Of a DNA stretch of 64,000 nt, positions 25,301-35,556 are shown one piece after another. Each line of letters starts with the position of its first letter. Positions within the stretch are counted from its first letter, which is position 1. Source of the DNA: Azolla caroliniana (taxonomy: Eukaryota > Plantae > Polypodiophyta); assembly GCA_043228905.1 (NCBI GenBank), contig JBHGNT010000003.1:20026001-20090000 (forward strand), read 5' to 3'. The translations under genes were made by a program, and so were the position numbers. The notes beneath the pieces are model-generated. The model had not been told where the DNA came from, ran no database searches, and saw only the letters and a list, made by a program, of their open reading frames with translations.

Positions 25301-25927
25301 TTCGGTTGTGCCGAGGTCCACCTCTTCCAGCTGGGATGCTTTCACCCTTTGGGATATTGTCATTTCTCTTTCTAGGGCTTCCTGTGCTTGGCGTAGTTCC
25401 CGGATCGCCGCTTTGTCCGGCTCGTCCGGCATTGTGATGTACGGCTCTACTGCTGCCGTGATATCCACCTCAAAAAGTGGGACGATCTGTGGGTGTTCCT
25501 CGAGGTACCGATCAACTTCCTCATCCGGTAAGCCCTCCAACATGTTGATGCTTTCGGCATATAAAGGGGTTGCCTCCTTGCTAGTGAGCACCCGTGGTTG
25601 CGTGGCTACCCGTACCTTTGTTTTCCCTCGTCGGAACGTGATCATATTCTTTTGCCAGTTTTGCTTGATATGCGCCGTTCGCAGCCATGGTCGTCCTAAC
25701 AGTAGGGGATATGCGCCTTGTACATTCAGCTCTAGTACCACGGCCGATATCCGGAATACGTGGCCTCCTATCGTTACTTCCAAGTCCCGGATAAGACCGG
25801 TTGGTCGGACTGAGCTTGTATCCGCCATGCGTAACCAGAAGGGGCATGGTTCCCACTCCTGGATGCCTAGGTCGTCGCATGTCTGTCGACTGATGACGTT
25901 CACCCCGGAGCCTCCGTCAATAATTGT
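22373..25927 (-). CDS. Gypsy B pol (protease, RT, RNase H, integrase with GPF motif)
   Basis: IDGGSGVN (protease), VCVDYRKLN and FLDD (RT), VDASD...EREALG (RNase H), AHCGIAGGH...CDLCQ, WGLDFVGP, ISDQG, NGLAES and RWTGPF (integrase). Open throughout. Confidence 0.96.
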   Translation of the reverse strand, partial: TIIDGGSGVNVISRQTCDDLGIQEWEPCPFWLRMADTSSVRPTGLIRDLEVTIGGHVFRISAVVLELNVQGAYPLLLGRPWLRTAHIKQNWQKNMITFRRGKTKVRVATQPRVLTSKEATPLYAESINMLEGLPDEEVDRYLEEHPQIVPLFEVDITAAVEPYITMPDEPDKAAIRELRQAQEALEREMTISQRVKASQLEEVDLGTTEQPRPVKVAKELPKEEKQAMVALLTDFKDVFAWSYEDMRGLDPQLYQHQIHLSTDAKPIAQRRYRMNPNYAAKVKEEIDKLLRVGFIRPVKQATWLSPIVVVPKKNGKIRVCVDYRKLNAATVTDAFPLPFTDGVLDAVAGHEVYSFLDGFSGYNQIRMNLADQEKTAFVTEWGVFVAVVMMFGLKTAPATFQRIIMEIFGDFIPGFMQVFLDDFAVYSRHGEHLDHLRLCLEKCREYRLSLNPAKCVFGVVSGNLLGHVVSREGIAVDPDKVKAILDAPNNAKALSRFLGQIRWHSRMIRHLADFATPLHAVVHRVPFQWTETEEKAYQALKVMLSQALVVQPPDWSKSFHVFVDASDVAIGNVLMQLTEPKWYRPVYYASRKLSKAERNYSTTEREALGMVYSVTKYRHYLLGRKFSFHVDHSALLYLVSKAALTGKLARWTLLLQEFEFDIFHQPGVQHAVADYLSRLESGESGDGVQDEFPDAELFRVTTAPATEATVADEDKWLTEMHQFLSTGVPPENLDRDERKRMAVRSRHFCLVGDTLYHKGADGVWRRAMRSDEKDLILREAHCGIAGGHYAGETTARKIWQSGLWWPTTMRDAVKYSRECDLCQRLGQPTEQARMPHHPVLPLEPFQKWGLDFVGPFKPPAMRTGNRYIIVATDYCTKWVESKALRDNTAASTAKFLYECIWCRYGCPIELISDQGGHFLGQVVESLTSFYAVVHKRSTPYYPQANGLAESTNKTLQNILRKIVNENRTDWDTKLQSVLWAYRTAYKTSIRTTPFRLAFGLEAVMPVEFQIPSLRIQVKERLSEKESERIRLAMLLELEENRIASLLQLELEQKRRKAFVDRHRRGNEKEFEVGKPVLLFQTRMGSMPGKLRFRWTGPFWITKEYSGSYQLGTLSGEVVGKWANGFRLKPYKGHMPANPFKQDPDILKGEEPTQIRRTEEPTPTRNNEEPTTVRTDPNTSGGTEQ

Positions 25928-28138
25928 TCATGGAATCTCCTTTCCTTTGACGATTGTCGTGATTGCTGGGCTACTGGTATCGACCACCGCTGGGCCTTCC
26001 TCCGGGTTGGAGAAAAATGCCGGTGTTGGCGTCAGCGTCGGTTTGCTCACGACGGCTTGTAAGTCTGCTGTAAACCACGGCACCAACTGCAGTAACCGTG
26101 CCAACGGCAGCACGATCTGACAATCTTGTAATGCTTGCCATGTCGGGTTTTCTCCTGGCTGTACGATTTCCTCATCCTTTGGCATATTTTGGTCTCTTAC
26201 TTCCGCCGCACCTTGTTCGTTGGCTTCTTTGATCCATTGTGCCGCTTGTTTTCTGATTGCTTCCTGGGCTTCCCATTCGGCGGCCTTCCCCTTCGACCGC
26301 GTGGTAACCTGCTGTACTTCGGCTGTCACCATGTTGACTGTCGGCTGCTTGTCGGTTGTTTTGCTTGGGCATTGATTACTGTAATGCCCCTCTTTTCGGC
26401 AGTAATAACAGTACACCCTGTGCGTGTTGCTGGATTCTCCTTTTTCCCCTGTTTGGGGAAGGGGCATTCCACGGCGGTTGTCCTCGGTTTGTCGGTTCTC
26501 CGGTGCTGCTACTGGTTTGTCATTCCTTGCTGCCTCCCGACGCTCCTCTCTACGGAAGAATCCACGCCTTTGGTTCCGTCGGAAATTCCGGTTCCCTGGC
26601 CGCCTTTCTTCTCTGCGTCGCTCGTATTCCGGGGATTCGTCTCGGTCGTACTGGTCCCGGGGGTAGCTATCCCTGCGGTTCTCCTCTCGGTCATAGCTGT
26701 CGCGTCTTCTATCGGGGTATCTGTCGCCGCGTTCTCGTCGGTAGCGGTCGTCCCTCCGGAATCGATCCTCTTCCGGGTCCCGATTGCGCGGTTCTATGTG
26801 TCGGACCGGTGCCGCTTGTCGAGTTAACAGGTTATACTCGCATCGGTTCGTTGTGTGGGCGCGAGAATTGCATATCATGCACTGTGCACGCAGGGTGCAG
26901 TCGACGGTCGAGTGCCCCGAATTTAGGCATGTTGTGCATTGTAGGGCTTGTCGGAACCGGAGGTCCTCCTCCTTCGGAAGCGCCTGGTGTAACGCCCCCA
27001 TCAGCAAGAAGGGGCTCGTCTTGTCCATTTCCAGGACCCGATCAATGACTTGGTCCATTGTGTTGGTGCTGAAATCGAGGATTCCACACATCGCTCGAAG
27101 TGGCTCTTTCAACGCAGCCAAAAAGACTGCTTTGGCCTCCTCTTCGGGTGGTGCTCTTGCTAATTGACTGTGCAAGGTCTGGAAACGAATGATAAATTGT
27201 GGGACCGTCTCGTTTTCTCCCTGCCGGGTGGTGTAGAATTGTCCGACCAATTCCCTTTGTTCCACTCGTCTATGAAACAGGCGTAAAAACTGGGTTTTCA
27301 ATGCCTCGAACGTGGCGAAGCTGCCTGGTAAGTGCTTTGCGTGCCACCGGGCCACCGGTCCTTCTAATGTCATGCCGAATTCGGCGACTTTGGATCGGTC
27401 GGCCTCGGGCTCCGTCAGTCTCTGGGACACGTGGTTGGCTTCCCATGTTCGCAGGAATGCATACACATGTGCCTCTCCGTCGGGCTCATCCCGATACTTT
27501 GGGTACGGATACGACATCGTGTCGTCCCACTGATTCTCCTGCGCTGGTTCCTCCGAAGTCGGTATCCGCTCCTGCGGTTCCTCCGCAGGTGGTGTTGGTA
27601 TCCGCTCCTGCGGTTCCTCCGCGGGTGGTGTTGGTATCCGCTCCTGCGGTTCCTCCGCGGGTGGTGTTGATAACCGCTCCTGCGGTTCCTCCGCGGGTGG
27701 TGTTGGTATCCGCTCCTCCCTCCTCGGCGATTGCCGGTCACCGAACTCCAGAGTTATTTCCTCCTCTGGCTCCGATGTTGCTGAGTAATCCAACTCAAAG
27801 GGGTTGTTCTCGTGGCTGCTTTTATAACGGGATCCCACGCTTTCCCCGCTATCCGAATCCGCCTCTAATGTTGCAAATGCCGCTGCGTCCCCGTCGCCGC
27901 CGGCGAGAGTCTGTAGTAGTGTCTCCGCTTCTTGGAGGCTGGTTATGCTACTGCCTTCGTCGGAAGCTTGTAGAACCTGGAACTGCAGTGCTTCTTCTGC
28001 GATTTGCCGGAGCGTTTTGGAGAATGACCGATCGCGCCGGATCTCGTCGACGGCTTGCTGCAGGGTTTCCCGTCGTCGCTGCCGTTCGGCGTGGCGTCTC
28101 CCTCTTTCGGTGATGTGGTCGTTATTTTGTCTAGACAT
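25928..28138 (-). CDS. Gypsy B gag with three CX2CX4HX4C zinc knuckles, ending at an in-frame TGA just before the protease active site
   Basis: Retrotrans_gag-like core (TFEALKTQFLRLF...TRQGENETVPQFIIRF); knuckles CTTCLNSGHSTVDC, CMICNSRAHTTNRC, CYYCRKEGHYSNQC. Confidence 0.9.
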   Translation of the reverse strand: MSRQNNDHITERGRRHAERQRRRETLQQAVDEIRRDRSFSKTLRQIAEEALQFQVLQASDEGSSITSLQEAETLLQTLAGGDGDAAAFATLEADSDSGESVGSRYKSSHENNPFELDYSATSEPEEEITLEFGDRQSPRREERIPTPPAEEPQERLSTPPAEEPQERIPTPPAEEPQERIPTPPAEEPQERIPTSEEPAQENQWDDTMSYPYPKYRDEPDGEAHVYAFLRTWEANHVSQRLTEPEADRSKVAEFGMTLEGPVARWHAKHLPGSFATFEALKTQFLRLFHRRVEQRELVGQFYTTRQGENETVPQFIIRFQTLHSQLARAPPEEEAKAVFLAALKEPLRAMCGILDFSTNTMDQVIDRVLEMDKTSPFLLMGALHQALPKEEDLRFRQALQCTTCLNSGHSTVDCTLRAQCMICNSRAHTTNRCEYNLLTRQAAPVRHIEPRNRDPEEDRFRRDDRYRRERGDRYPDRRRDSYDREENRRDSYPRDQYDRDESPEYERRREERRPGNRNFRRNQRRGFFRREERREAARNDKPVAAPENRQTEDNRRGMPLPQTGEKGESSNTHRVYCYYCRKEGHYSNQCPSKTTDKQPTVNMVTAEVQQVTTRSKGKAAEWEAQEAIRKQAAQWIKEANEQGAAEVRDQNMPKDEEIVQPGENPTWQALQDCQIVLPLARLLQLVPWFTADLQAVVSKPTLTPTPAFFSNPEEGPAVVDTSSPAITTIVKGKEIP
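27545..27716 (-). repeat. 36-bp coding tandem repeat (ERIPTPPAEEPQ) x ~4.5
   Basis: Units start near 27561, 27597, 27633, 27669 and 27705. Confidence 0.95.
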
Positions 28139-28173
28139 CCATCCCCCGGTTGTCCTCTGCACTCTGCAGGAAT

Positions 28174-28184
28174 CGTGGTCGCCA
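28174..28184 (-). other. Gypsy B PBS (tRNA-Arg type, TGGCGACCACG)
   Basis: Lies 6 nt downstream of the 5' LTR in element sense; tRNA identity is from recalled plant tRNA-Arg(UCG) 3' ends. Confidence 0.8.
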
Positions 28185-28190
28185 AAATAG

Positions 28191-28566
28191 TGTTGTATGT
28201 ATGGCTGGACTAGCCGCAACACAGGTGTCTATCCGACACTTCTCCAAAGGGGTGGTAGGGATAGGATGTTAATACACGCGTATGATAATTACACTTAAGC
28301 ACAGACGAAGACAAGATCAATAAGCATAAGCAAAACTATATTAATTCTTCGTCACTTCATTACAAAACATCGGATCCTTTTATAGGCATCCGGCCAGATT
28401 ACAATCGGTGCCCTCAGGCAACCGTTAACCGAAACCGAATCGGTTCGGATCCGGATCGGTTACAACTACCGGATCCGTCCCTCCTAATAATTCTATTTAT
28501 CTATTTATCCGCTTCGACTCCGATTCATCTTTGCTTTCCCATTTGCCTTCTTCTGACCGGCCAACA
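28191..28566 (-). repeat. Gypsy B 5' LTR
   Basis: Near-identical to 18507-18882; minus-strand TATA-like CCTATAAAAGG. Confidence 0.97.
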
Positions 28567-28571
28567 TAATT

Positions 28572-29510
28572 GGCAGTGAGCATCTCGTCGACATCAATAA
28601 GGTCAAATCCCTCTTTCCGACAAGTTTGAGATGACAGACATGAAGGAGCTCCACTACTTCCTCGGCATCGAGGTTATTCGGACACCGGCCAGAATCATGA
28701 TCTCTCAACGGCACTACATCCTCAACTTGTTATACAAGTTCGGTATGGCTGAGTGCAAATCCGCGGCAACCCCGCTCGATCGCAATCTCAAACTAGATGC
28801 GAACTCCGGCACCAAAGCGTGTGAGCCGACTCAGTATCGACAACTCATCGAGAGTCTCATCTACCACTCGACCCGATCTCAGTTATCCGGTTGGTCTCCT
28901 TAGCCAATTCATGCAAACACCGTGTGATACTCACTTGGATTGCGCTAAGCGAGTTCTACGATATGTGAGCGGTACAATGGATTGTGGCATCCTCTACAAG
29001 ACCGCGATGCCAATACGACTCGAGGGGTACACAGACGCTGATTGGGTCGGCTACAAAGCCGATAGAAGATCAACCTCCGGATTTGTTTTCTCCCTCGGCA
29101 GCGGAGCAATATCCTAGAGTAGCAAAAAGCAACCAAATGTCGCTCTTTCGATTACGGAGGCGGAATACAGGGGCGCAGCCGTAGTTGCGTGTGAAGCCGT
29201 ATGACTCAAGAGGATTTTGAAGGATCTGGGCGTACCCATCAAGGATCTGACTTCCCTTTACTGCGACAACATGAGCAGTATCTATTTGGCTCGGAACTCA
29301 GTGTTCCACGCGCGGACAAAGCACATCGAAGTGCATTATCACTTCATCTGAGAGCACGTTCTAGCTAGCGATGTTGACCTACAACATATTAGCACCAATC
29401 TTCAAACGACCGACATCTTCACTAAAGCTTTAGGAGCCGACAAGTTGTGGCAATTCATGACCAATCTCAGATTGACGATCCCTGACCTGCCAAGCTTGAG
29501 GGGGAGTACT
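28572..29510 (+). pseudogene. Copia A RT C-terminus and RNase H
   Basis: YFLGIEV, TRPDLSYPVG, GYTDADW...RRSTSG, RTKHIEVHYHF; stops and frameshifts present. Confidence 0.93.
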
Positions 29511-29840
29511 AAAGACATTACGCAATAACGCATGGATTCCGCAAACTGCGCACATTACACAATAACGCTTGGATTCCGCAAGCCGCGCACACTACGCAAG
29601 AACGCGTGTATTACACAACCACGCAAGGAAGCCGCGGAGAGCCGATCTACCGTGCAAAGCCGCGAAGAAAGACGCAAGCCGAAGCACAGACTTCGCAACT
29701 ACGCACAATGCAAGATGGAGCACAGATTCCGCAACTCCGCATAAATCGAGTCAACGCGAGTCAACGCGGACTCCGGAACATGAGTCGAAACAAATTTCGG
29801 ATACCGTCTGAAACCGACCCGACTCGAGCTTGAGGGGGCA

Positions 29841-30224
29841 TGTTGAGAATCAAGCTCATCTTGGTCTAGTGTGTGAACTCACCTTGAGTGTGAATAGACA
29901 CTCCAACGGTCAAGTGTCACCACTTTGTATTCTAGCATTTAGTATGAGTCATAGAATCATATTCTATGACACATAACTTATGAGCTTTCACATTCCCCAT
30001 GCTCCATGAGTCTTGTAGTTAATGAAGAGAGAGGGTGGCTATATAAAGCACCCTCCTCCCACATTGTATTGTGTTGAGTCTTTCTCCTTTGTTAATATAC
30101 TTTTACCTTGTGTATTCTCTGTGTCTTATTCCTTGTCTCTCTCACTCTCACTCTCTCTCTCTCATACACACACATAACTCATATCTCTTCCGCTTCACAA
30201 GAATCCATCTCTTGATTCTTTACA
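29841..30224 (+). repeat. Copia A 3' LTR
   Basis: Preceded by a PPT and followed by TSD ATAAC. Confidence 0.96.
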
Positions 30225-32144
30225 ATAACCAATCAAGGATGGATGATACGTGTCACTAGTATCTTGACCATCAATATAAATTACATTATATCATAACACA
30301 AAAACAGATACTTTTTGAAAGCAATTGTCCAAACTAGGCTACTTCTAGAATAATGTTATGAAGCTATATCTCTTCAATGGGAACGGATTCGATGTTCTCT
30401 CATTGGCTTGCTTTTACATTTTTGCATTCATTTACAATTCTAATGTGTTGCATTCCATTGAACGTAATCCCATTCTCATGTTGCTACATTGATCCAAGAA
30501 ATCCACCAATGATGCATTTTCCTTTTTCTATATACTTTTATTTGCATAAGTAGGAGTTGCATTAATGACTCAAAACAATTGGAGCTTCATATTTTTCCTC
30601 TTTCAAGAGAGTATATTTTTAAACTAATGCATGAAGCAAAGTACTACGTAATATTGGTTATTAGGCATTGGTGGTTTGTACTCCCCCACCCTACTTCGTT
30701 TAGTTCCACTACTCAATGACAACTTAAGACACAAACGATCATGAATTATTACAATTTCAATATTCCGTCAGGCTTCAATCAAGGTTAAAAAACATTTTTA
30801 GTACGTTATAAATATGTAGTTAGGAAAAATGACAATCATAAGGGATTCATAACAATCCCATACAAAGTCTTGTGTGATTCAATACTACCCATTTTTGTGT
30901 TTGGATTTGGTTGTGTCATAGTTTCAAAACTCAAAGTAAGACAAATCACACTTTATTGCTAAATGATACTTGCCACAATCTAATTGTATTGCATGCGTGG
31001 GTTCTTTGTCTAATTCTAATGATGCTCCACATACCACATATCATCTTTGAATTGTTCCCCTTAAACTAGACAACTTACTGCCGAGTGAGAATTCCTTTCA
31101 AAAGTTAATTTCAATGAAATTTTCACTTACTTGATTATGTGCTCAATGGATTACCGGTTATGCATGAGATCCTCGCTACCAATTAATGGCTACAATTTTT
31201 TAGTATGAACAATCTATTCGTAAATCAAAAGTAGTGAGGATGTTGGTAGAATTATAGGTCCCATACCTCCTAATATTTTCATAATTCCTTGGTGAGCTGA
31301 ATAATATATTTTCAATCCAAGTTTGCTAAGACATTTAATTGTCGTAATGCATGGCTCCCTTTTCTAAGAAATTCTAGGGTTTGAGAAATTTAATTGTCGT
31401 ATGCACATTTAGTTGTTGTAATTCCTAGTGTTGATCGATGTGACGTAAAGTGAAAGTTTAGAAGAGAGGTTTACCCACCTCTTGAAATTTCACATATCTC
31501 ACACAAAAGATTACGTAAGTCACAAACAATATTCTTTTTCCATTTTAGATGGCTTATCTAATACCCATCCGCCTTCTTTTTCCTCTTAGTGGATCTTTCA
31601 TAAGTGATGTGGTTGAACAATAGTGGCCTAAACAATGAGAACTTGTCACTCTTTTAATATTCTTGTACACCTCCAAAATTATGAAAAATGTATTTTAGCA
31701 AGATCTATGGTAGTTCTTTACCATGAGGTCTCGTCTCATGCCAAGGGAGTCACTTCGAGCAAATATGTCCACTACACAGATAATTTCTTGAAATGTTAAA
31801 CCATGGATCGATATACAAGCCAATGTGCATGGACATCTAGATGCCCCACAGTGTTCATAACGAAATAGTCCAACTTAGAGTTTCCTCCCATTGATTATAT
31901 ATTGAGGTAGGACGAGCATTTCCTATACCTAGAGTTGAAAGATTTTACAAATTATGCAAAAAAGAGATCGAAATCAATGAACTTTTTTTTTCTTTCAAAA
32001 CTACACCTTCGTTTCCACTACCAATCCGATAAGTGTATACAAAGCATATAATGATACAATCTAGTGGGGGTTAAGATAGTAGAGAAAAAATGTTATATCC
32101 TCCACTATGTCATAAGGTAAAACAAACTCCACCTATGGAGGAAA

Positions 32145-32830
32145 CTACCATCGAGAGGCTAGATACTGCCAAACCATTTTGTCGTTTCTCTCCACAAAGA
32201 CGAACAAATCCTTCCACTTGCCTTTAAAAGACCGTTGTTTAAGAAAAATGGTATCTTCATTACTAATGAAGGAGTCATATTGACCTTTTAAAATTGAAAT
32301 AAGCATCGACCAACTTTCCTTCACACAATGAACATGATTCTGCTTTATTTGTTGAAACACAATTTTGCATCTAGCTATCCATATATTCCGCAAAATCACT
32401 GATGATATCGTAGCCCATACTGTGGCATCTACATTCAACCAATTTGAGCTTGAATATGGTACGTCCTTAACTGGCCTTCCCCTACTTTGAAAGGTAAATA
32501 ATATTTTTTCCCTTTCATAATTATGTTTATCTACATTTACATCCATCCAAAAGACATTTCCCCATGTAATCACGTTAGGTCTATACGCAATATCAATGAG
32601 GCGCAACATACGTTTCCAAACAAAACATGCGGCCATACATTTCCATAATGCATTTTAACATCAATGAACATTTTGTTTTTAGGTGCCCCATTTTAACATC
32701 AATGTGAACTATGATGCCCTCTACAAGGACTCCATCACCATTTAATAAATGATGTAGAAGTAGGACCCACAACAAATTGTACACTACTCAAGCATAGGGA
32801 ATCAAGCCTTATATTGGCACACATAACGCA
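32145..32830 (-). pseudogene. L1-type LINE ORF2 C-terminal fragment (zf-RVT region)
   Basis: W-rich C-terminus with ILRNIWIARCKIVF, typical of plant L1 ORF2; frameshifted upstream. Confidence 0.7.
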
Positions 32831-33207
32831 ATGACAAACACACATCACTATTTCTTCCACGACTCCTTACCCCCACTAACAACATGGTAAGGAGTCATTA
32901 TGAAGCAATAAGATGTTTGCTAATGAAAATGGAGATCACAAATACCAAGGTATGAGGCATAGAGACCATACTATCACCATATCATGGAGATCATTACTTG
33001 CCATGTGCAATCTACATGAGCACACCTAGGTGCACTTCTTAATCTTTGTCTTAGCCTCATATCATTATGCCAATCAACCTATTCACCACTACTCTCATAC
33101 ATATAGCTATTCATTTCACATTCATAAATCATCTAAAAAATCATTCCACTACATGCATTAAAGCAATTATCATGGATTTTCATGAAACCTAGTCTATTTT
33201 GTGTAAT

Positions 33208-33869
33208 GTGATTTCACCAACAGTTGCAATCATGATTTGTCTCATAACTTGAGTTTGTCCTCTAGTAAGCATTAATATACATACTCCCTAATATGAGCCA
33301 AAACATCTACGACAACAAAGAGCACAACAGGGGGGACAAGTTTGATTAAGAGGGGATTGGAAGATGATAAGCATAAATGCTACACATGGTTATAAATAAT
33401 GGCACTAAATGACATTGCCTCTTTTTGTAGTTGGATGCCACATCCCTCATCATGATTTTAATTTGTATGCTTGTTTAGATAAAGACCAACGTTTGCCAAT
33501 CTAGAAGATGATATTGTAGTTGGATGATATTTGTTTTAGCATGAATCATGTGATTTCACCAACATTTGCAATCATGATTTGTTTCATAAGTTGATTTTGT
33601 CCTCTAGTAAGCATTAATAACTATACTCCTTAGTATGAGCCAAAAAATCTAAGACAACAAAGAGCACAACGAGGGGAACAAGTTTGATTAAGAGGGGATT
33701 GGAAGATGATAAGCATAAATGCTACACATGGTTTTAAATAAAGGTAGTAAATGACATTGCCTCTTTTTGTAGTTGGATGCTACATCCCTCACCACGATTT
33801 TAATTTGTATGCTTATTTAGATAAAGACCAACAATTGCCAATCCCAGAAGACAATATTGTAGTTGGATG
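33208..33869. repeat. Tandem duplication, ~342-bp unit x2
   Basis: gtgatttcaccaaca... at 33208 and 33550; both units end atattgtagttggatga. Confidence 0.92.
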
Positions 33870-34109
33870 AAATTTGTCAAAGCCAAGGGAGAGGTTGTTG
33901 TCTTTAATTGCACGAGTGCATGCACAAGAATTTTGCAAAACGATGCACAACAACCTTTCATGCCACATATTTCAATGATGCAAGAGGATGTAGATATGTA
34001 TGGTCGTGTTTCTATTAATGAAAAAGATTCAAATTCATTTAAACCTTAATTCAACAAATATCTCATAGTACCAAAACATTTATTGCAAATGGTGTATGTT
34101 TGTGGAATG

Positions 34110-34535
34110 ATGCCTATGATTTACACGCAAAAAACATAATGAAAATATTGTGCTTGGCCATATGTTAATTTTAAAATGTATTTTGAATTACACACACAAA
34201 ATTTGGTTTGGCTGACATACTTTGGAATCGGGTCATGGAACTTTATGTGTTAATTTTAAATGTATGGAGTGAATTTAGTGTTTACGATGTTAAACCTTAG
34301 TGTAAGACAACCATGTTTGGCTTTATGGAATGATACCAATGATTTACATGCATAACATAATGAAAATAGTGTGACGGGCTATTTGTTAATTTTAGAATGT
34401 ATTTGAATCACACATATAAATTTTCACTTGATAAGGAACTCTAGAATTCAATCATTCAACTTTATGTGTTAATTTTAAATGTATATAAGGATTTTAGTAT
34501 ATATGAAGTTAAACCTTACTACAAGACAATTGTGG
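34110..34535. repeat. Diverged tandem duplication, ~225-bp unit x2
   Basis: gatttaca...acataatgaaaata, actttatgtgttaattttaaatgtat and gttaaacctta each repeated. Confidence 0.8.
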
Positions 34536-35489
34536 TTGAGCTAAGCCTTTATAAGAGCACTATGTATATCAAGATGCTTGAAGATATGATATAATACAAA
34601 AGACAAAGTTTCAAAATAGTGCAACACTAGAATGTAAATTGAAACTTTCAAAGAAGCCATTTCCTCATGCACAAAGAAATATTTTTAGGTTAATGATATG
34701 CCTTGCAATGGTTGAAATAAATGTAGCTCAAGGAAAAAAAGGTTTGATAAAAAATGATCAGACACTCAAAAGATAAATCTTAAGATGTGGTCAAAGATAA
34801 GGAAAACCATTAAAAATATCCATATGTATACAATGTACACAAGCCCTTATTAAAAGAAAGATGAGTTTCAAAACACATTTTGGTGCGCTGTCACCATATT
34901 TGGGGATGCAAGATATGAAGACATGGTTTGGAAAATGAGATGCATCACATTTGCTTCATGGTATATCAACAAATTCCTCTATGACTGAGATCTTTTTGCA
35001 ATGCCAATGTATCATAACTTGACAAAGATGTGGTGGCTCACATTTTATGCATTATATTACATACATTACACCAAACTACAAAGGCAAGTTTGTCTCTAAA
35101 TAGGGAAACCACAATAACTGATACATTCTAGAGTCCATCTAACAATCGACAACGGTTCGGTTAGGTTTGAGACTGTCAACAATCATAGGAAAGAATAGAG
35201 TGTTATGAACGCATGTAACGGTTCACGCGCCAAGCGTAATCGACCATGACTTGGTATATAAAGGGCAATGAAAACTTGTAAAATCTAGCGTATACTTATT
35301 GTATATAGCTCTGCTTGACTCCCGGTGTTCGGTTGTAGCCATCTCCCCAATCTCCAGTCCCCACGCTTACGCCCACACTACGCACCACACCCATAGTCAT
35401 CTGTAAGACGATCGGGGCGTACTATCCATTCTTTGAACCATAATCTTCTTGAGCCGAACCCTGAAGTGTCATAGACATATGCCATAGAG

Positions 35490-35556
35490 GAAGGTAGGGA
35501 TTGAACCCAAGACCTCATGGTTTTTGTTGGGCAACCCTACCAATTGAACTACATAT
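35490..35556 (-). other. tRNA-like / SINE head (A and B boxes)
   Basis: Minus strand TAGTTCAATTGGTAGGG ... GGGTTCAATCCC; anticodon arm not convincing. Confidence 0.55.

Larger units (their letters stand above)
18507..28566 (-). mobile_element. Young non-chromoviral Ty3/Gypsy B (Athila/Tat-related) with an extra 3' ORF
   Basis: TSD TAATT (18502-18506, 28567-28571); 376-bp LTRs with one mismatch seen; gag-PR-RT-RH-INT order; no chromodomain evident. Confidence 0.97.
15597..30224 (+). mobile_element. Ty1/Copia LTR retrotransposon A (defective, hosts a nested Gypsy)
   Basis: TSD ATAAC (15592-15596, 30225-30229); TG...CA LTRs; Met-i type PBS TGGTATTAGAGC at 16000; PPT TGAGGGGG at 29831; gag-PR-INT-RT-RH order. 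Confidence 0.97.

Noticed and set aside
18933-25930. Stops repaired by U-to-C RNA editing
   Set aside because: Such editing is known from plant organelles, not nuclear retroelements. Point mutation in methylated DNA is sufficient.
17035-27716. 36-bp and 39-bp periodic repeats as CRISPR-like arrays
   Set aside because: They are head-to-tail in-frame coding repeats with no unique spacers, in a eukaryotic retroelement context.
25191-28113. Long plus-strand ORFs antisense to gag-pol (e.g. 25191-26120, 27199-28113)
   Set aside because: These are shadow ORFs of GC-rich coding sequence with no recognisable motifs.
18883-28190. Inverted internal region as the explanation for two PBS-like sites
   Set aside because: The LTR TATA-like motif, ORFs and 5' PBS all agree with minus orientation. 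A simple inversion would not remove the PPT or create two different PBS sequences.
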